32,255 nucleotides of DNA from a virus, in IMG/VR virus record IMGVR_UViG_3300045988_162788, positions 1 through 32,255 of that record. One strand, 5' to 3'. Numbering within the stretch: position 1 is the stretch's first letter; every line of letters begins with the position of its first letter. Shown here piece after piece: positions 8,123 through 17,211 of the stretch. The position numbers were made by a program, and so were the translations under genes. The notes below the pieces were generated by a model. It searched no databases. It was not told the origin of the DNA and worked only from the letters and a program-made list of their open reading frames with translations.

Positions 8123-8892
8123 CACCCCACCTCCTCAATCTTCGCGCTTACGGACCGCCACACCGCGCCACTTGCGTGATGCACATCCTCAATGGTCGTC
8201 TCGACGTCGCCAATCACGACCGAGGTGGCTCCCATACCGACATCCCACGGCGGCGCATCTTTTGTCCACGTCGCCGAAAGTCGAGAGAACTGCCCGCCCA
8301 TCGCCAGCGTCAACGTCGCATACGCCGCCGTAGCCGGCGGCACGGGGACACTCACGACAAGGCGCTGAACGTTAGCGCCACGTGCCACGGCAGTAGCCGT
8401 TGCCCCCACCGCAGTCCCAGCGGCAGTGAACATCTGAACACCCAGAATCGCGCCGTCCCCAGCCGCTTCCACCGTGGCAGTAAACGGTTTGCCCGGCATC
8501 ACCGGGACACGGTCAGCCGCCACCGTGCGAGGTGACCCGCCCAGAGACGACACTGCTAACGAGCCGTCAGAGGTCACCATCGGCCCGCGGTTACTAATCC
8601 CAACCATGAGAGACTGCGCCGGGGTCAAGATATTGGTTAATGCCGCAGCTTCGCTCACCCACATCAGGGGCTCAGTCGGTGCCGCATGCGCCAGCTGAGT
8701 CAGCGCTCGTGTGTCCTCCTGCGTCCCTTTCACCTCAACGCTCCAGCTGCGGCGAGGAGTAGGGGACGCTAGGAACGCCCACCGCTTCCCCGCCGCCTGC
8801 TGAAACGCAAAACGTGCAGGAGTGCTCTCGCTCAGCGACACCTTCCATAGCACCTCAGATAGCGCACCTAGCGTGCCAATCCAACCCGACAT
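8122..8892 (-). CDS. Distal tail protein (Dit-like)
   Basis: 256 aa with a TAATG overlap to the tape measure stop. This is the canonical position after TMP. Confidence 0.65.
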   Translation of the reverse strand: MSGWIGTLGALSEVLWKVSLSESTPARFAFQQAAGKRWAFLASPTPRRSWSVEVKGTQEDTRALTQLAHAAPTEPLMWVSEAAALTNILTPAQSLMVGISNRGPMVTSDGSLAVSSLGGSPRTVAADRVPVMPGKPFTATVEAAGDGAILGVQMFTAAGTAVGATATAVARGANVQRLVVSVPVPPATAAYATLTLAMGGQFSRLSATWTKDAPPWDVGMGATSVVIGDVETTIEDVHHASGAVWRSVSAKIEEVG

Positions 8893-11723
8893 TAAAACAT
8901 CCTCTCAGCCCGACGCTGCATCATCAGGAAGTCGCGCGGACCCACAGCCTGCAGCTGAGACAGCGCCTCTGCGATCTGCACCAGCGCCTCATCCGACGTG
9001 CTCACGCCGCCACCAGCAGTAGTTACACCAGCAGACGCAACGGGGACGATAGAGGCAGTAGATGCCGCCACAGACGCGATAGCCGGCACTTCGGGAGGTG
9101 CCACCAAATCACGCATGCTCGACTGCGCCGCAGCCTCCATCGCAGAGATACCCTGCACAAAGCCCTCGCCGGTGAATACACCGATCTGCCGGAAGACGCG
9201 AGACGGGGAATGAATGCCGAGCAGCTGCTTCGCGCCATCAATAGCGCCACGCACAGGACCCAGCACAGCATCAATCAGCCTCTGACCAAGACCTGCAACG
9301 CCGTTGATGAAACCAACCATGAGATTGTGTCCCAGCGTCCACATGTTCCGCCCCAAATTCGAGAGCGAATTAATCACGCCACGACCCAAATTCCCGAAGA
9401 ACCCGACCGCACGCGAAATGCCACTAGAAATCGCGTTGCCTACAGCACCCATGGCATCACCAACAATGCCGCCAAGGCGAGAGAACGCGCCAGAGACTGC
9501 GTTCCAGACAGCCTGTGCACCCGTGGAGACAAACCTGACTACTGCGTTCCAGCCAGCGCTGACTGCCTGGGCAATGTTGCCGATGGTGGAGCTAATCGAT
9601 GCGAACAGCTTGCCGATTGAGGTGACAATCCAGTTCACCGCCGCACCGACAGCCTGCGTACCAATTTGCCATGCCGCACCAAATGAGGCCAATGCCTTAT
9701 CCGTCATGTCAGCCATCCATTGGAAAATGGCAGTAATCATCTGAATTACGCTAACGATTTCACTGCCAATCTCCACAAACACAGGACCAAGCGCCTGAAT
9801 CAACGGAGTCACAAAATTCAGCGTCTTCACCAGCTGCTCAGCGAACAGCACCACCAACGGCACCAACGCCTGCACAACCTGCACAATCACAGGAGCCAGC
9901 GCCTGGAACACCGCCATCAGAGCAGGAATCAGCGCCTGCACCACCGGCATCAGCGCCACAGCAACCTGCGTGAACACAGGGGCAAGCTGCTGAATCACCG
10001 GAACAAGCATCTGCCCCAGACTCTGCGCCAGCGGAACCACCATCTGCAGCATCACCTGTAGCATCGGTGCGACCGCCTGCAACGCGGCACCAAAAACAGT
10101 GCCCAGAGTCTGAGCAATCGCCCCGACCGCCTCGCCTAGCGCACCAAAGACGGGAGCCATCGCTTCCAAGCCGGGAGCGAGAGCATCCATCGCAGCTTTG
10201 ATACCAACGAACATGATCTTGATGCCGGCACCAACCGCAGGGTTCTGCATAATCTTGCCGATAGCCTCACCCAGACGCCCAACAGCCGCCGCACCATTCT
10301 CCATGGCAGAGCCGAGCGACGGGGCAAGCGCCGCTAGACCCTTGCCAATCGCCGCGATGCCAGGACCGAGGTTAGCCGCCGCCCTCTGTGCAGATTCGAA
10401 AAACGCAACCAGGGCAGTCTGCCCCTCAACAGATTTCAGAGCGCCAGCAATGCCATGCAGCCCGTCAGCGAGAGCCTTCAGAGAGGAGCCGCCCGCCGAC
10501 AGCGCCGCAGTACCGATAGCGCCGATAACCCCGGCAACGCCACTAAGGACCCTCATCAGGTCACCTGCAACGGTGACAGCGTTCTGAATTGCGGTCACGG
10601 CGTCAGCAGACGCCGACCATTCAGCAAACGCGGTAGCAGCACGAGTGAAGCTCTCAGCCATCGCTGGAAGGTACGAACCACCAATGCTGCCAAGGCGGAC
10701 AATTGCCTCAGCAAAACCAGATGCGCCCTGAGAAGCGATACTAATCGATTCGCGAAGCGGCGCGAACAATACGGTCAGACCGCCGATAGCAGTAATGCCG
10801 TCAGATGTTCCTCGAAAGAAATTACCCCAAAAAGCGCCTGAAACCTCGCCTAGCCGCTGGTACTCGGCAAAAAACGGCACGATACCAGAGGTGTACAGCT
10901 CCGCGAGCCCAGCCTTCGCAACACCCCAAAAAGCTTCATTGTGGTTAGCGCGTGCATCCACGAACATGTCACGGATTCCGCCAAACTTGCCGGACAGTTG
11001 GTCTAGGTAGATGAGGATGTTCTGCAGACCATCAGCTGACGAAGCCAGGCCAGTGGCAAAGCCCGCAAAGATGCCAGGCAATGCCAACGCCGCCGGACCA
11101 ATCGACACCAGCGACGCACCAACCGCGGCAATATTCTGTGCCGCAACAATACCGACAGACGACATTGATGCCAGCGCAGCGCTAGTCGCCGCAATGCGAG
11201 GAGTAAGGCGGTCAAGATTCGACGCGAACTCACGCACATTCGACACCGCGTCACCAAGAACACGCCCACCCGAGAGCGCAGCCAACGCAGATGCCGCCGT
11301 AGCAGCCGCAGACGAGTTGATAACCGGGCTAATCACCGCCACGCGCGGACGAGCCAACGCCCCCAGCTTCGCCGCCGCAGCACCCGTGTCAGCATCAGCG
11401 TTAACCGTGCACTTCCGAGCCTCCTCCAGCTTCCTCAACGCACGCTGCGCCTGCTCCACATCAGCGTCAGCAGAGACCTTCGTAACCTTCTCAGCAGAGA
11501 GGTTATCCAGCTGATGCAAAGCCTTCTGGATGTTCACGTCCACTGACACGGTGGCTGTCAGCCCGTTCAGTGCGTGCTGGAGGCGGCCCATAGCCTTCCG
11601 GTCCAGTACCGGCACCACGGTGACCTTCGCCGTGGTCGACTTCTCGATTCGGTCCAGTGACCGCTTCAAATCTCCACGGAACCTGGACGTGTTCGGGTAG
11701 ACGCGGATACCGACCTTAGCCAT
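8892..11723 (-). CDS. Tape measure protein
   Basis: 943 aa and the longest gene. It is Ala/Gly/Val-rich with repeated hydrophobic segments (QALAPVIVQVVQALVPLV and similar). It directly follows the G/GT chaperones, with SD AGGAGGG. Confidence 0.9.
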   Translation of the reverse strand: MAKVGIRVYPNTSRFRGDLKRSLDRIEKSTTAKVTVVPVLDRKAMGRLQHALNGLTATVSVDVNIQKALHQLDNLSAEKVTKVSADADVEQAQRALRKLEEARKCTVNADADTGAAAAKLGALARPRVAVISPVINSSAAATAASALAALSGGRVLGDAVSNVREFASNLDRLTPRIAATSAALASMSSVGIVAAQNIAAVGASLVSIGPAALALPGIFAGFATGLASSADGLQNILIYLDQLSGKFGGIRDMFVDARANHNEAFWGVAKAGLAELYTSGIVPFFAEYQRLGEVSGAFWGNFFRGTSDGITAIGGLTVLFAPLRESISIASQGASGFAEAIVRLGSIGGSYLPAMAESFTRAATAFAEWSASADAVTAIQNAVTVAGDLMRVLSGVAGVIGAIGTAALSAGGSSLKALADGLHGIAGALKSVEGQTALVAFFESAQRAAANLGPGIAAIGKGLAALAPSLGSAMENGAAAVGRLGEAIGKIMQNPAVGAGIKIMFVGIKAAMDALAPGLEAMAPVFGALGEAVGAIAQTLGTVFGAALQAVAPMLQVMLQMVVPLAQSLGQMLVPVIQQLAPVFTQVAVALMPVVQALIPALMAVFQALAPVIVQVVQALVPLVVLFAEQLVKTLNFVTPLIQALGPVFVEIGSEIVSVIQMITAIFQWMADMTDKALASFGAAWQIGTQAVGAAVNWIVTSIGKLFASISSTIGNIAQAVSAGWNAVVRFVSTGAQAVWNAVSGAFSRLGGIVGDAMGAVGNAISSGISRAVGFFGNLGRGVINSLSNLGRNMWTLGHNLMVGFINGVAGLGQRLIDAVLGPVRGAIDGAKQLLGIHSPSRVFRQIGVFTGEGFVQGISAMEAAAQSSMRDLVAPPEVPAIASVAASTASIVPVASAGVTTAGGGVSTSDEALVQIAEALSQLQAVGPRDFLMMQRRAERMF

Positions 11724-12421
11724 TTACCCTCCTAGAATCGCCTTGATGCCGGAAAAATCAATGCCGCCAGGACCCACCCTGACGGCATGTGACGTTTTCT
11801 TTTTCTTCGGCTGCGGGACCTCAACCTGCTCCGACTTGCTCAGCTTGCTGCCCTTCGCAATCGCGCGGGTGATGTTCACCAGCCCAGCTGACAGGAACTC
11901 CTGGGTACCCCAGCCCACCAGGTCAGGGTTGACCAGGAGCTCCGCCCGCCACAGACTCGTCGGGTCGTGCTTCAGCTTCTCAACGGCCGCCATCGCTACT
12001 CGCAGTGCGCGCGCTGAGTTAATCGCCTCCACGTCGACACCCAGGAGCTGTAGCTCCAGGTCAAGCGCCGGGTACTTTACTGCTGATTCGAGGAGGGCTG
12101 AGATTTTCCCGACGCCTGCATATACGCACCGACGAGCGTCACGAGAACATCGAGCTGCTTGTCGCGTGCCCAATCCTCCCACGCATCCGAGTCCACTGCG
12201 TAATGCTCGGAGACATAATCGAGCAGGTCGGCAATGCCGTCCATCGCCTCCAGCGAATCCTCACCGTGTTTCTCCGACAGCTGTCGAATCACGTTCAGGC
12301 GGCCAGCGAGACGGGTGCGCTGACCAGTCTTCAGCTCCCACGGAGCGATAAGCAGCTCATGGCCATCCAGCTCAGTGAACTCAGGCAGATCAACTACAGG
12401 CTCTGCAACCTTCTTAGGCAT
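11724..12421 (-). CDS. Tail assembly chaperone, -1 frameshift fusion product (GT-type)
   Basis: After a -1 slip at G GGA AAA, the reading continues as GKISALLESAVKYPALDLELQ. This matches ORF 11724..12182, which ends at TAA immediately before the TMP ATG. Confidence 0.7.
12077..12421 (-). CDS. Tail assembly chaperone (G-type, unshifted product)
   Basis: 114 aa from the ATG at 12421, lying between the MTP and TMP genes. It carries the slippery heptamer near its 3' end. Confidence 0.8.
   Translation of the reverse strand: MPKKVAEPVVDLPEFTELDGHELLIAPWELKTGQRTRLAGRLNVIRQLSEKHGEDSLEAMDGIADLLDYVSEHYAVDSDAWEDWARDKQLDVLVTLVGAYMQASGKSQPSSNQQ
12104..12110 (-). promoter_or_regulatory. -1 programmed ribosomal frameshift slippery heptamer G GGA AAA
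   Basis: On the minus strand TCG GGA AAA TCT is in the zero frame of the G gene. The X XXY YYZ pattern is the same type as lambda G/GT. Confidence 0.75.
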
Positions 12422-12447
12422 ATGGTGTCCTCTCAATCAGATCAGGG

Positions 12448-13014
12448 TTAGGCAGTGACAGCGCGGGGCTCGAAAATCTCGACAGTGTCTCCATTCCGAT
12501 CGGTCAGAATACCAAAGTCGAGGTCCGTCGATGCAAACTTGCTAATGCCGAACTCAGGGTACTTACCACCGATGTCAGTGTTCGGGAAACGAAGAGCTGC
12601 GACAGTCTTGCCATCCTCGAACACAGCCATGATGGCCTTATTTGCGGTTAGCGTCTTAGCCTTCACCTTGTACGACTTCTTGATTGAGTCATAAGTGCCG
12701 CCAGCGAAAGCAAGGTCAAACACGGTACGGTCAACGCTAAGGGCCTTGATGGTGCCGGTGAGAGTCACATCAGCTCGCTTCGAGCGAACCTTGACACGGT
12801 CCGCAGTGCGCAAAAATTCGATGTCACCGCCGTCAATATCAGTCTTAATCGGCTCTTCCTCGTCAGTGTCGCCAATCCACATCCAGGAGCCGTAGGTGCT
12901 GGGAGTGCCGAACTTAAACTTGGTCAGGTCGGGCGCTTCGGTATCCGGCGGAGCGACAAAGATATGAGTGAAGGAAGTGTAAAAAAGCTTCGAATCTTCA
13001 AGAACGTTGGCCAA
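12448..13014 (-). CDS. Major tail protein
   Basis: 188 aa if started at TTG 13014, where AGGAGG lies 9 nt upstream. The ORF-track ATG at 13056 overlaps the upstream gene and has no SD. It sits immediately before the chaperones. Confidence 0.7.
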   Translation of the reverse strand: MANVLEDSKLFYTSFTHIFVAPPDTEAPDLTKFKFGTPSTYGSWMWIGDTDEEEPIKTDIDGGDIEFLRTADRVKVRSKRADVTLTGTIKALSVDRTVFDLAFAGGTYDSIKKSYKVKAKTLTANKAIMAVFEDGKTVAALRFPNTDIGGKYPEFGISKFASTDLDFGILTDRNGDTVEIFEPRAVTA

Positions 13015-13027
13015 GGGTGGCCACCTC

Positions 13028-13444
13028 CTAAATCGTTGATGGGCCTCGTGCAACAATGCGCACGGTAGCTCTAGTTTCGGTTACATGGGCAGAGTGGAGA
13101 GTATGGCTGCCGGCGAGGATAGGCTCAGCCTCGACCCAGCACCGCGCCACGTAGCTGCCCTCTACTATCGGGCCAAGAGAGTGCGCTTTTTCGAGTAGCT
13201 GGACTGCTTCAGCGCATAGCCGCATCGACTCGGCGCGAGACGGCGCGTAAACATGAACGTTCAGAGCCGCATCGACGGCATGCCCCATCCTGGGGGAGCC
13301 AGTAGCCGGTACCGCAGAGACAACCTCCCAGATACATGCCGGCAGCTTGCCGAGCGTCTGGGAGGTCGCCCCGCCAGAGACAGCTACACCCGGTAGCGCG
13401 GAGAGAATTTTCTGCACGATGGCCGAGATATCAATGGGCTTCAT
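13028..13444 (-). CDS. Tail terminator / tail-to-head joining protein
   Basis: 138 aa. It is the last of four small connector genes before the MTP, with a 4-nt overlap to the upstream gene. Confidence 0.55.
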   Translation of the reverse strand: MKPIDISAIVQKILSALPGVAVSGGATSQTLGKLPACIWEVVSAVPATGSPRMGHAVDAALNVHVYAPSRAESMRLCAEAVQLLEKAHSLGPIVEGSYVARCWVEAEPILAGSHTLHSAHVTETRATVRIVARGPSTI

Positions 13445-13752
13445 CGACGGTCCTTAAACGCGTGGGCAACCTTGCCAAAAACATGGTGCCCAGGGGTGCG
13501 ATTACCGTTCGGACTGGTGAACCCAAACTCAATCGGCACCGCCGCCTCATCCAGAGAGGTAATGATCCTGTCGTGGACGCCGCGAGGGGTGATATGTGTG
13601 GTCATCACGATTGATGCTGCGAATGTGCCTGTGTCCTTGGGAGCCGCAGTCTTTACTGCCGCTTGGATTTCACGGGCGGCGGCGGCGAACTCAGGGGTGC
13701 GCGATGCCTGCCGCGCCACCTCCAGCTCGATATCAGATTCGACCCATGACAT
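13441..13752 (-). CDS. HK97 gp10-family neck/tail-completion protein
   Basis: 103 aa from the ATG at 13752, with GGAGGAG 9 nt upstream. It contains the DTGTFAASI motif typical of the gp10 family. The longer ORF-track start lies inside the upstream gene. Confidence 0.7.
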   Translation of the reverse strand: MSWVESDIELEVARQASRTPEFAAAAREIQAAVKTAAPKDTGTFAASIVMTTHITPRGVHDRIITSLDEAAVPIEFGFTSPNGNRTPGHHVFGKVAHAFKDRR

Positions 13753-14125
13753 TGGCGTCATCTCCTCCCTTGCCGGGTGTGTACGCCACCGCGAACACCT
13801 TGACGTGCCCTGTGGTGGTGGACATCCGAGAGATCTGCGGCTCGCCGCGTTGCTCGAATCTCTGCCCGTCAATCTCGATGAGAGATTCTGAGGTGCCTGG
13901 CCACGGCGTGCCGCCATGCTCCCCCGGCCAGTATTTGATCCGGTAAACAGTGGTTGGGGTGAGCCCGCCAGGCAGGTCGAGAATCTCGTTCGCACTGGAC
14001 GGCTGGACATTACATTGGACAGGCACACATGTCCCCTGTGTCTCCACGACGTCACCATACGCATCAGCACTGCTGATGCGGGGGTAGACGGTCACGGTAT
14101 GGAGACCTTTACGGATCCGACTCAT
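13733..14125 (-). CDS. Head closure / head-tail joining protein
   Basis: 130 aa, in the position after the gp6-like adaptor. Its beta-rich sequence is typical of SPP1 gp16/HK97 gp9-type proteins. Confidence 0.65.
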   Translation of the reverse strand: MSRIRKGLHTVTVYPRISSADAYGDVVETQGTCVPVQCNVQPSSANEILDLPGGLTPTTVYRIKYWPGEHGGTPWPGTSESLIEIDGQRFEQRGEPQISRMSTTTGHVKVFAVAYTPGKGGDDANVMGRI

Positions 14126-14140
14126 GACACTCGTTCCTTC

Positions 14141-14629
14141 CTAAAGGTACCGGCGGCATGAGATTGAATCCTGCGCTGGCCACCCATATTGAAACTGCCA
14201 CGATCCCGTAGCTATGTGCCCGCTGTACCGCGCCGCAGCATAGCCATCAGTCGCCGGCGCAACAGTTCGGAACCGGCCGGTGCCAGTCGCCTGCGCTAGG
14301 TTCTTCCAGTCCTTCTCCAGAATGTCCAGCAAACCGCTCGCGACCAGGTAATTCAACTGGTACGAGTAGCCGTCTTCAGTTTCGCTCCGGTAGATTCCGC
14401 CGTCATCAGCGCGAAGCACGCGCGCGACCGCCTCAGCTTCGATATTTCTAACAAGGTCGAAGACAACCTCGTCCAGGGTCAGCTCGTCGAGCCTGCGATA
14501 GCGCACACGGATGAGATTCTCTGCCTTCTCCAGCAAGGAGGAGACATGAGACTCCTCGTCGCCCCGAAAATCGCGGCGGAGAGCGCTCTTCACATCCTCC
14601 ACAGATGCGATAGTCAGCCTCTCACTCAT
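14141..14629 (-). CDS. Head-tail adaptor (gp6-like connector)
   Basis: 162 aa and the first gene after the MCP. The N-terminal pattern LTIASVEDVKSALRRDF..EE..V..LLEKAE is typical of gp6-like connectors. Confidence 0.7.
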   Translation of the reverse strand: MSERLTIASVEDVKSALRRDFRGDEESHVSSLLEKAENLIRVRYRRLDELTLDEVVFDLVRNIEAEAVARVLRADDGGIYRSETEDGYSYQLNYLVASGLLDILEKDWKNLAQATGTGRFRTVAPATDGYAAARYSGHIATGSWQFQYGWPAQDSISCRRYL

Positions 14630-14655
14630 ATCTCCTCCTTAACCTCAGCAGTTGA

Positions 14656-15597
14656 TTACTTGTCAGCGACCTTGTCTTCAAATGCCACGAAGCCGCTCTT
14701 ATCGGTAAATACCCAGCCGAACTGCGCCTCAACCAACATCGCTTCCATGTTCTGCTGCCACAGGTGAACCGTGGTGCCGTTATCAACAATGGTCGACTGG
14801 TCGGTGTATCGGAGCGCCAGCTTGTCGACAAAGCCATACTGCAGAGTGCTCCAGTCCCCGGCGAAGCCCTTGACCTTCGTATCAGGGGCGGCGCCGACCT
14901 TGCCAGAAACTGAGCGAGAGTAGGCAACGGGGAGGCCCATCACGTTGCCTAGTCCTGCCTTCAGGTCAATCGCATCGTTGTAGAGAGGTCGACCGGTCGT
15001 GTCAGTTGCGGTGTAGAGGCGAGAACGGAGCTCCGGGGTTGCCGCGATGCCGTCCACTTCGAAGTCAAAATCAGAGTTCAGGTTCACCAGGTCGGTACCT
15101 GCCATCAGCTCGCTGAAGACGCCGCCCTTATCCTTCGAAGCGCCGCCCAATTCAATGCGGTTAGTAGTCTGGTTCACAAACTCTACGCCAGCAATTTCCT
15201 GACCAGTGAGGGCGCTCTTACCATGGAGCACAGCAAGGTCAAACGCGCGGGTAATCGCGGCCGCTGCCTGCTGCTCAAGCACCTTCAAGTAGCCGGACTG
15301 ATCAGCCTCGCGAGCTTCCTTCGACCAATACATGACAGCGGCAACCTTAATAGGCTTGATCGACTTGGTCGTCAGACCCATGCTAGTCACAGGCTTCAGC
15401 TGGCCCTCTCCAACCACGCCAGCCTGCGGCTGGGAAGTCTGAACGGAAATGCTAGTGCCAGTAATCGGCATCGGTACCGACTTCGCCAGCTTCTGCACCA
15501 CAGATGCTTCGTTTGCACGAGCAATGATCTGACGTGCGTACGACTGCGGCAGGATGCCGCCGCGCTTAAAAACGTCAAGAGTAGCGGTTGCACTCAT
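14656..15597 (-). CDS. Major capsid protein (HK97-fold type)
   Basis: 313 aa, preceded by the scaffold gene and by a strong SD (GGAGGAATAAAGAATG). Size and sequence character match a phage capsid family protein. Confidence 0.85.
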   Translation of the reverse strand: MSATATLDVFKRGGILPQSYARQIIARANEASVVQKLAKSVPMPITGTSISVQTSQPQAGVVGEGQLKPVTSMGLTTKSIKPIKVAAVMYWSKEAREADQSGYLKVLEQQAAAAITRAFDLAVLHGKSALTGQEIAGVEFVNQTTNRIELGGASKDKGGVFSELMAGTDLVNLNSDFDFEVDGIAATPELRSRLYTATDTTGRPLYNDAIDLKAGLGNVMGLPVAYSRSVSGKVGAAPDTKVKGFAGDWSTLQYGFVDKLALRYTDQSTIVDNGTTVHLWQQNMEAMLVEAQFGWVFTDKSGFVAFEDKVADK

Positions 15598-15625
15598 TCT
15601 TTATTCCTCCAATTAGGTATAGATA

Positions 15626-15652
15626 AAGCCCCTCTTGAGGTAAGAGGGGCTT
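15626..15652 (-). promoter_or_regulatory. Perfect 11-bp-stem hairpin between the scaffold and capsid genes
   Basis: The arms are aagcccctctt and aagaggggctt with loop gaggt. No strong U-tract follows. Confidence 0.5.
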
Positions 15653-15659
15653 GTAGGCT

Positions 15660-16226
15660 TTATCGACCGAAGATGTATTCTGCGGTCTCTTCATAAACGT
15701 CACGTGCCGGCGCCGCATGCTGTGCGGGGTTCGGCGCCATGCCTCGGCTCTTCGGTGCCGCTGCAAGGATCGCCTCGGTCTTCTCATTCGCAGCATCACT
15801 AATGAGCTTCTGTAGCGTTGCGAGGTTCTTCTCGATTTCCTCACTGGACCCACCCGGCACGAAGGGCGCGAAGTCTTGGGGCAGGCCTACTGCGGCGAGC
15901 GCCTTGACGCGCGCCAGCTCAGCCTGCAGGGACGCAATCTGAGTGGCAGAATCATCCTGTGCCTCAGACGAGGTTTCAGCCTCGACGGACTCAGCTTCGG
16001 GTTCCTGCTCGGGCACTTCAGTAGCAGTAGGTTCAGGAGACTCTGCCTGCTTAGCCTTCACGGCAGCCAGCTCAGCCTTCAGGTTCTGAACCAGCTTCCA
16101 TGCACGCTCAGGGTCAAAGGTCTCACCGTCACGCTCCCACGGGGGAACGGTAGACGACTCCTCCTGCGACGCGGGGACCTCTTCAACTTCGGTTGCCTCA
16201 TTCAGAGGCGATTCAGCAGTGGACAT
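15660..16226 (-). CDS. Scaffolding protein
   Basis: 188 aa, highly acidic and Ala/Glu-rich with predicted coiled coil. It lies immediately upstream of the MCP gene. Confidence 0.75.
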   Translation of the reverse strand: MSTAESPLNEATEVEEVPASQEESSTVPPWERDGETFDPERAWKLVQNLKAELAAVKAKQAESPEPTATEVPEQEPEAESVEAETSSEAQDDSATQIASLQAELARVKALAAVGLPQDFAPFVPGGSSEEIEKNLATLQKLISDAANEKTEAILAAAPKSRGMAPNPAQHAAPARDVYEETAEYIFGR

Positions 16227-17203
16227 TATTCCTCCTTCGACGGACCTACCGCCTTCTCTACAGCGACCGCCCTATCGAGCAACGTCGCGACTTTCACTGG
16301 TTTGTAGTTCTCAGGATCAGCACGGAGTTTAGAATCCTCCGCCGCCATCACCCGCTGATAAAAGTCCTGCAACCGCTGCTGCTCATCCCGCCCTGCCCAG
16401 TTATCGGGGTCAAAAACGGGAACCACGATACAGTCACAGTGCTCATGAAACGCGCGCGGGTTTTTCTTCCGCAGCTCCGTCCTTGCACGGCGCGAGAGAA
16501 ACCCGCCTTCACGGGATTTCTTACCCGCTTCAGCCGCCACCAACTGCGCCGCATCAGCGGTACTGTAGACAGCGCCGCGAGCGGCAAGCATAATGCAGAA
16601 TCCGCATGACCAACGCCCCTGCAGAACACGCGCCCACCCGACTGGGCGAAGGCGAGGAGACGGGCGCTCAGCCTCAGCATCATCTGCTTCTGCTTCAGCC
16701 CTCCGCACCGCCTCATCAGCTGAATCATTCACAGCCGCCAGAGCCTCCTCGAAGCCCTCCAACGTGACCGACCCGCGCTCATGACGCTCACGCTCATCCT
16801 CAGACGCAAACTCGTCAAACTCAGCATCCAGGACAGACCGCATCACCTGCCTGCGGCCTGCCATCACCACGTGACGCCGTGCTGCAGCAGTTAACTGCTC
16901 TGGTGTTGCTCCGTAATTCTCTCGAAAGAGCTTCCTGACTGCCTGAACCTCATACGGCTCAGGTTCGGGATGATACGCGAGCGCACCAAACGGCGCCGCG
17001 GCCGTGTCCAAATAATCGTTGGCAGCTTCGACCGCCTGGAGGCGGTGACGCTGAATAATACGATGTGCCGCAGGAACCAACCTCTCAGCTGATGCCCGGT
17101 CTGACAGATCAAACGCGGACAGCAGGTCAGTGAAGGCGCTAACAAACGCGCTGCCAATTGAGGCAAGTGCGTCCACATACGCCTGTGTGACGTCATCCAG
17201 CAT
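16226..17203 (-). CDS. MuF-like minor head (head morphogenesis) protein
   Basis: 325 aa, following the portal gene. It carries the C-terminal CGFC...HEHCDC pattern, which resembles the C..C / HpnCrC signature of the Mu F / SPP1 gp7 family. Confidence 0.65.
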   Translation of the reverse strand: MLDDVTQAYVDALASIGSAFVSAFTDLLSAFDLSDRASAERLVPAAHRIIQRHRLQAVEAANDYLDTAAAPFGALAYHPEPEPYEVQAVRKLFRENYGATPEQLTAAARRHVVMAGRRQVMRSVLDAEFDEFASEDERERHERGSVTLEGFEEALAAVNDSADEAVRRAEAEADDAEAERPSPRLRPVGWARVLQGRWSCGFCIMLAARGAVYSTADAAQLVAAEAGKKSREGGFLSRRARTELRKKNPRAFHEHCDCIVVPVFDPDNWAGRDEQQRLQDFYQRVMAAEDSKLRADPENYKPVKVATLLDRAVAVEKAVGPSKEE

Positions 17204-17211
17204 GCCGCCTC

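Noticed and set aside
8814-9620. A 268-aa plus-strand ORF inside the tape measure region, with other antisense ORFs across 9.3-11.5 kb.
   Set aside because: It is antisense to an uninterrupted 943-aa TMP gene. It has a His/Arg-rich low-complexity translation and no SD.
13753-14070. An N-terminal extension of ORF 13441..14070 (209 aa).
   Set aside because: The extension overlaps the head-closure gene in another frame and is Arg/Ser-rich. A good SD precedes the internal ATG at 13752, which yields a typical 103-aa gp10-family protein.
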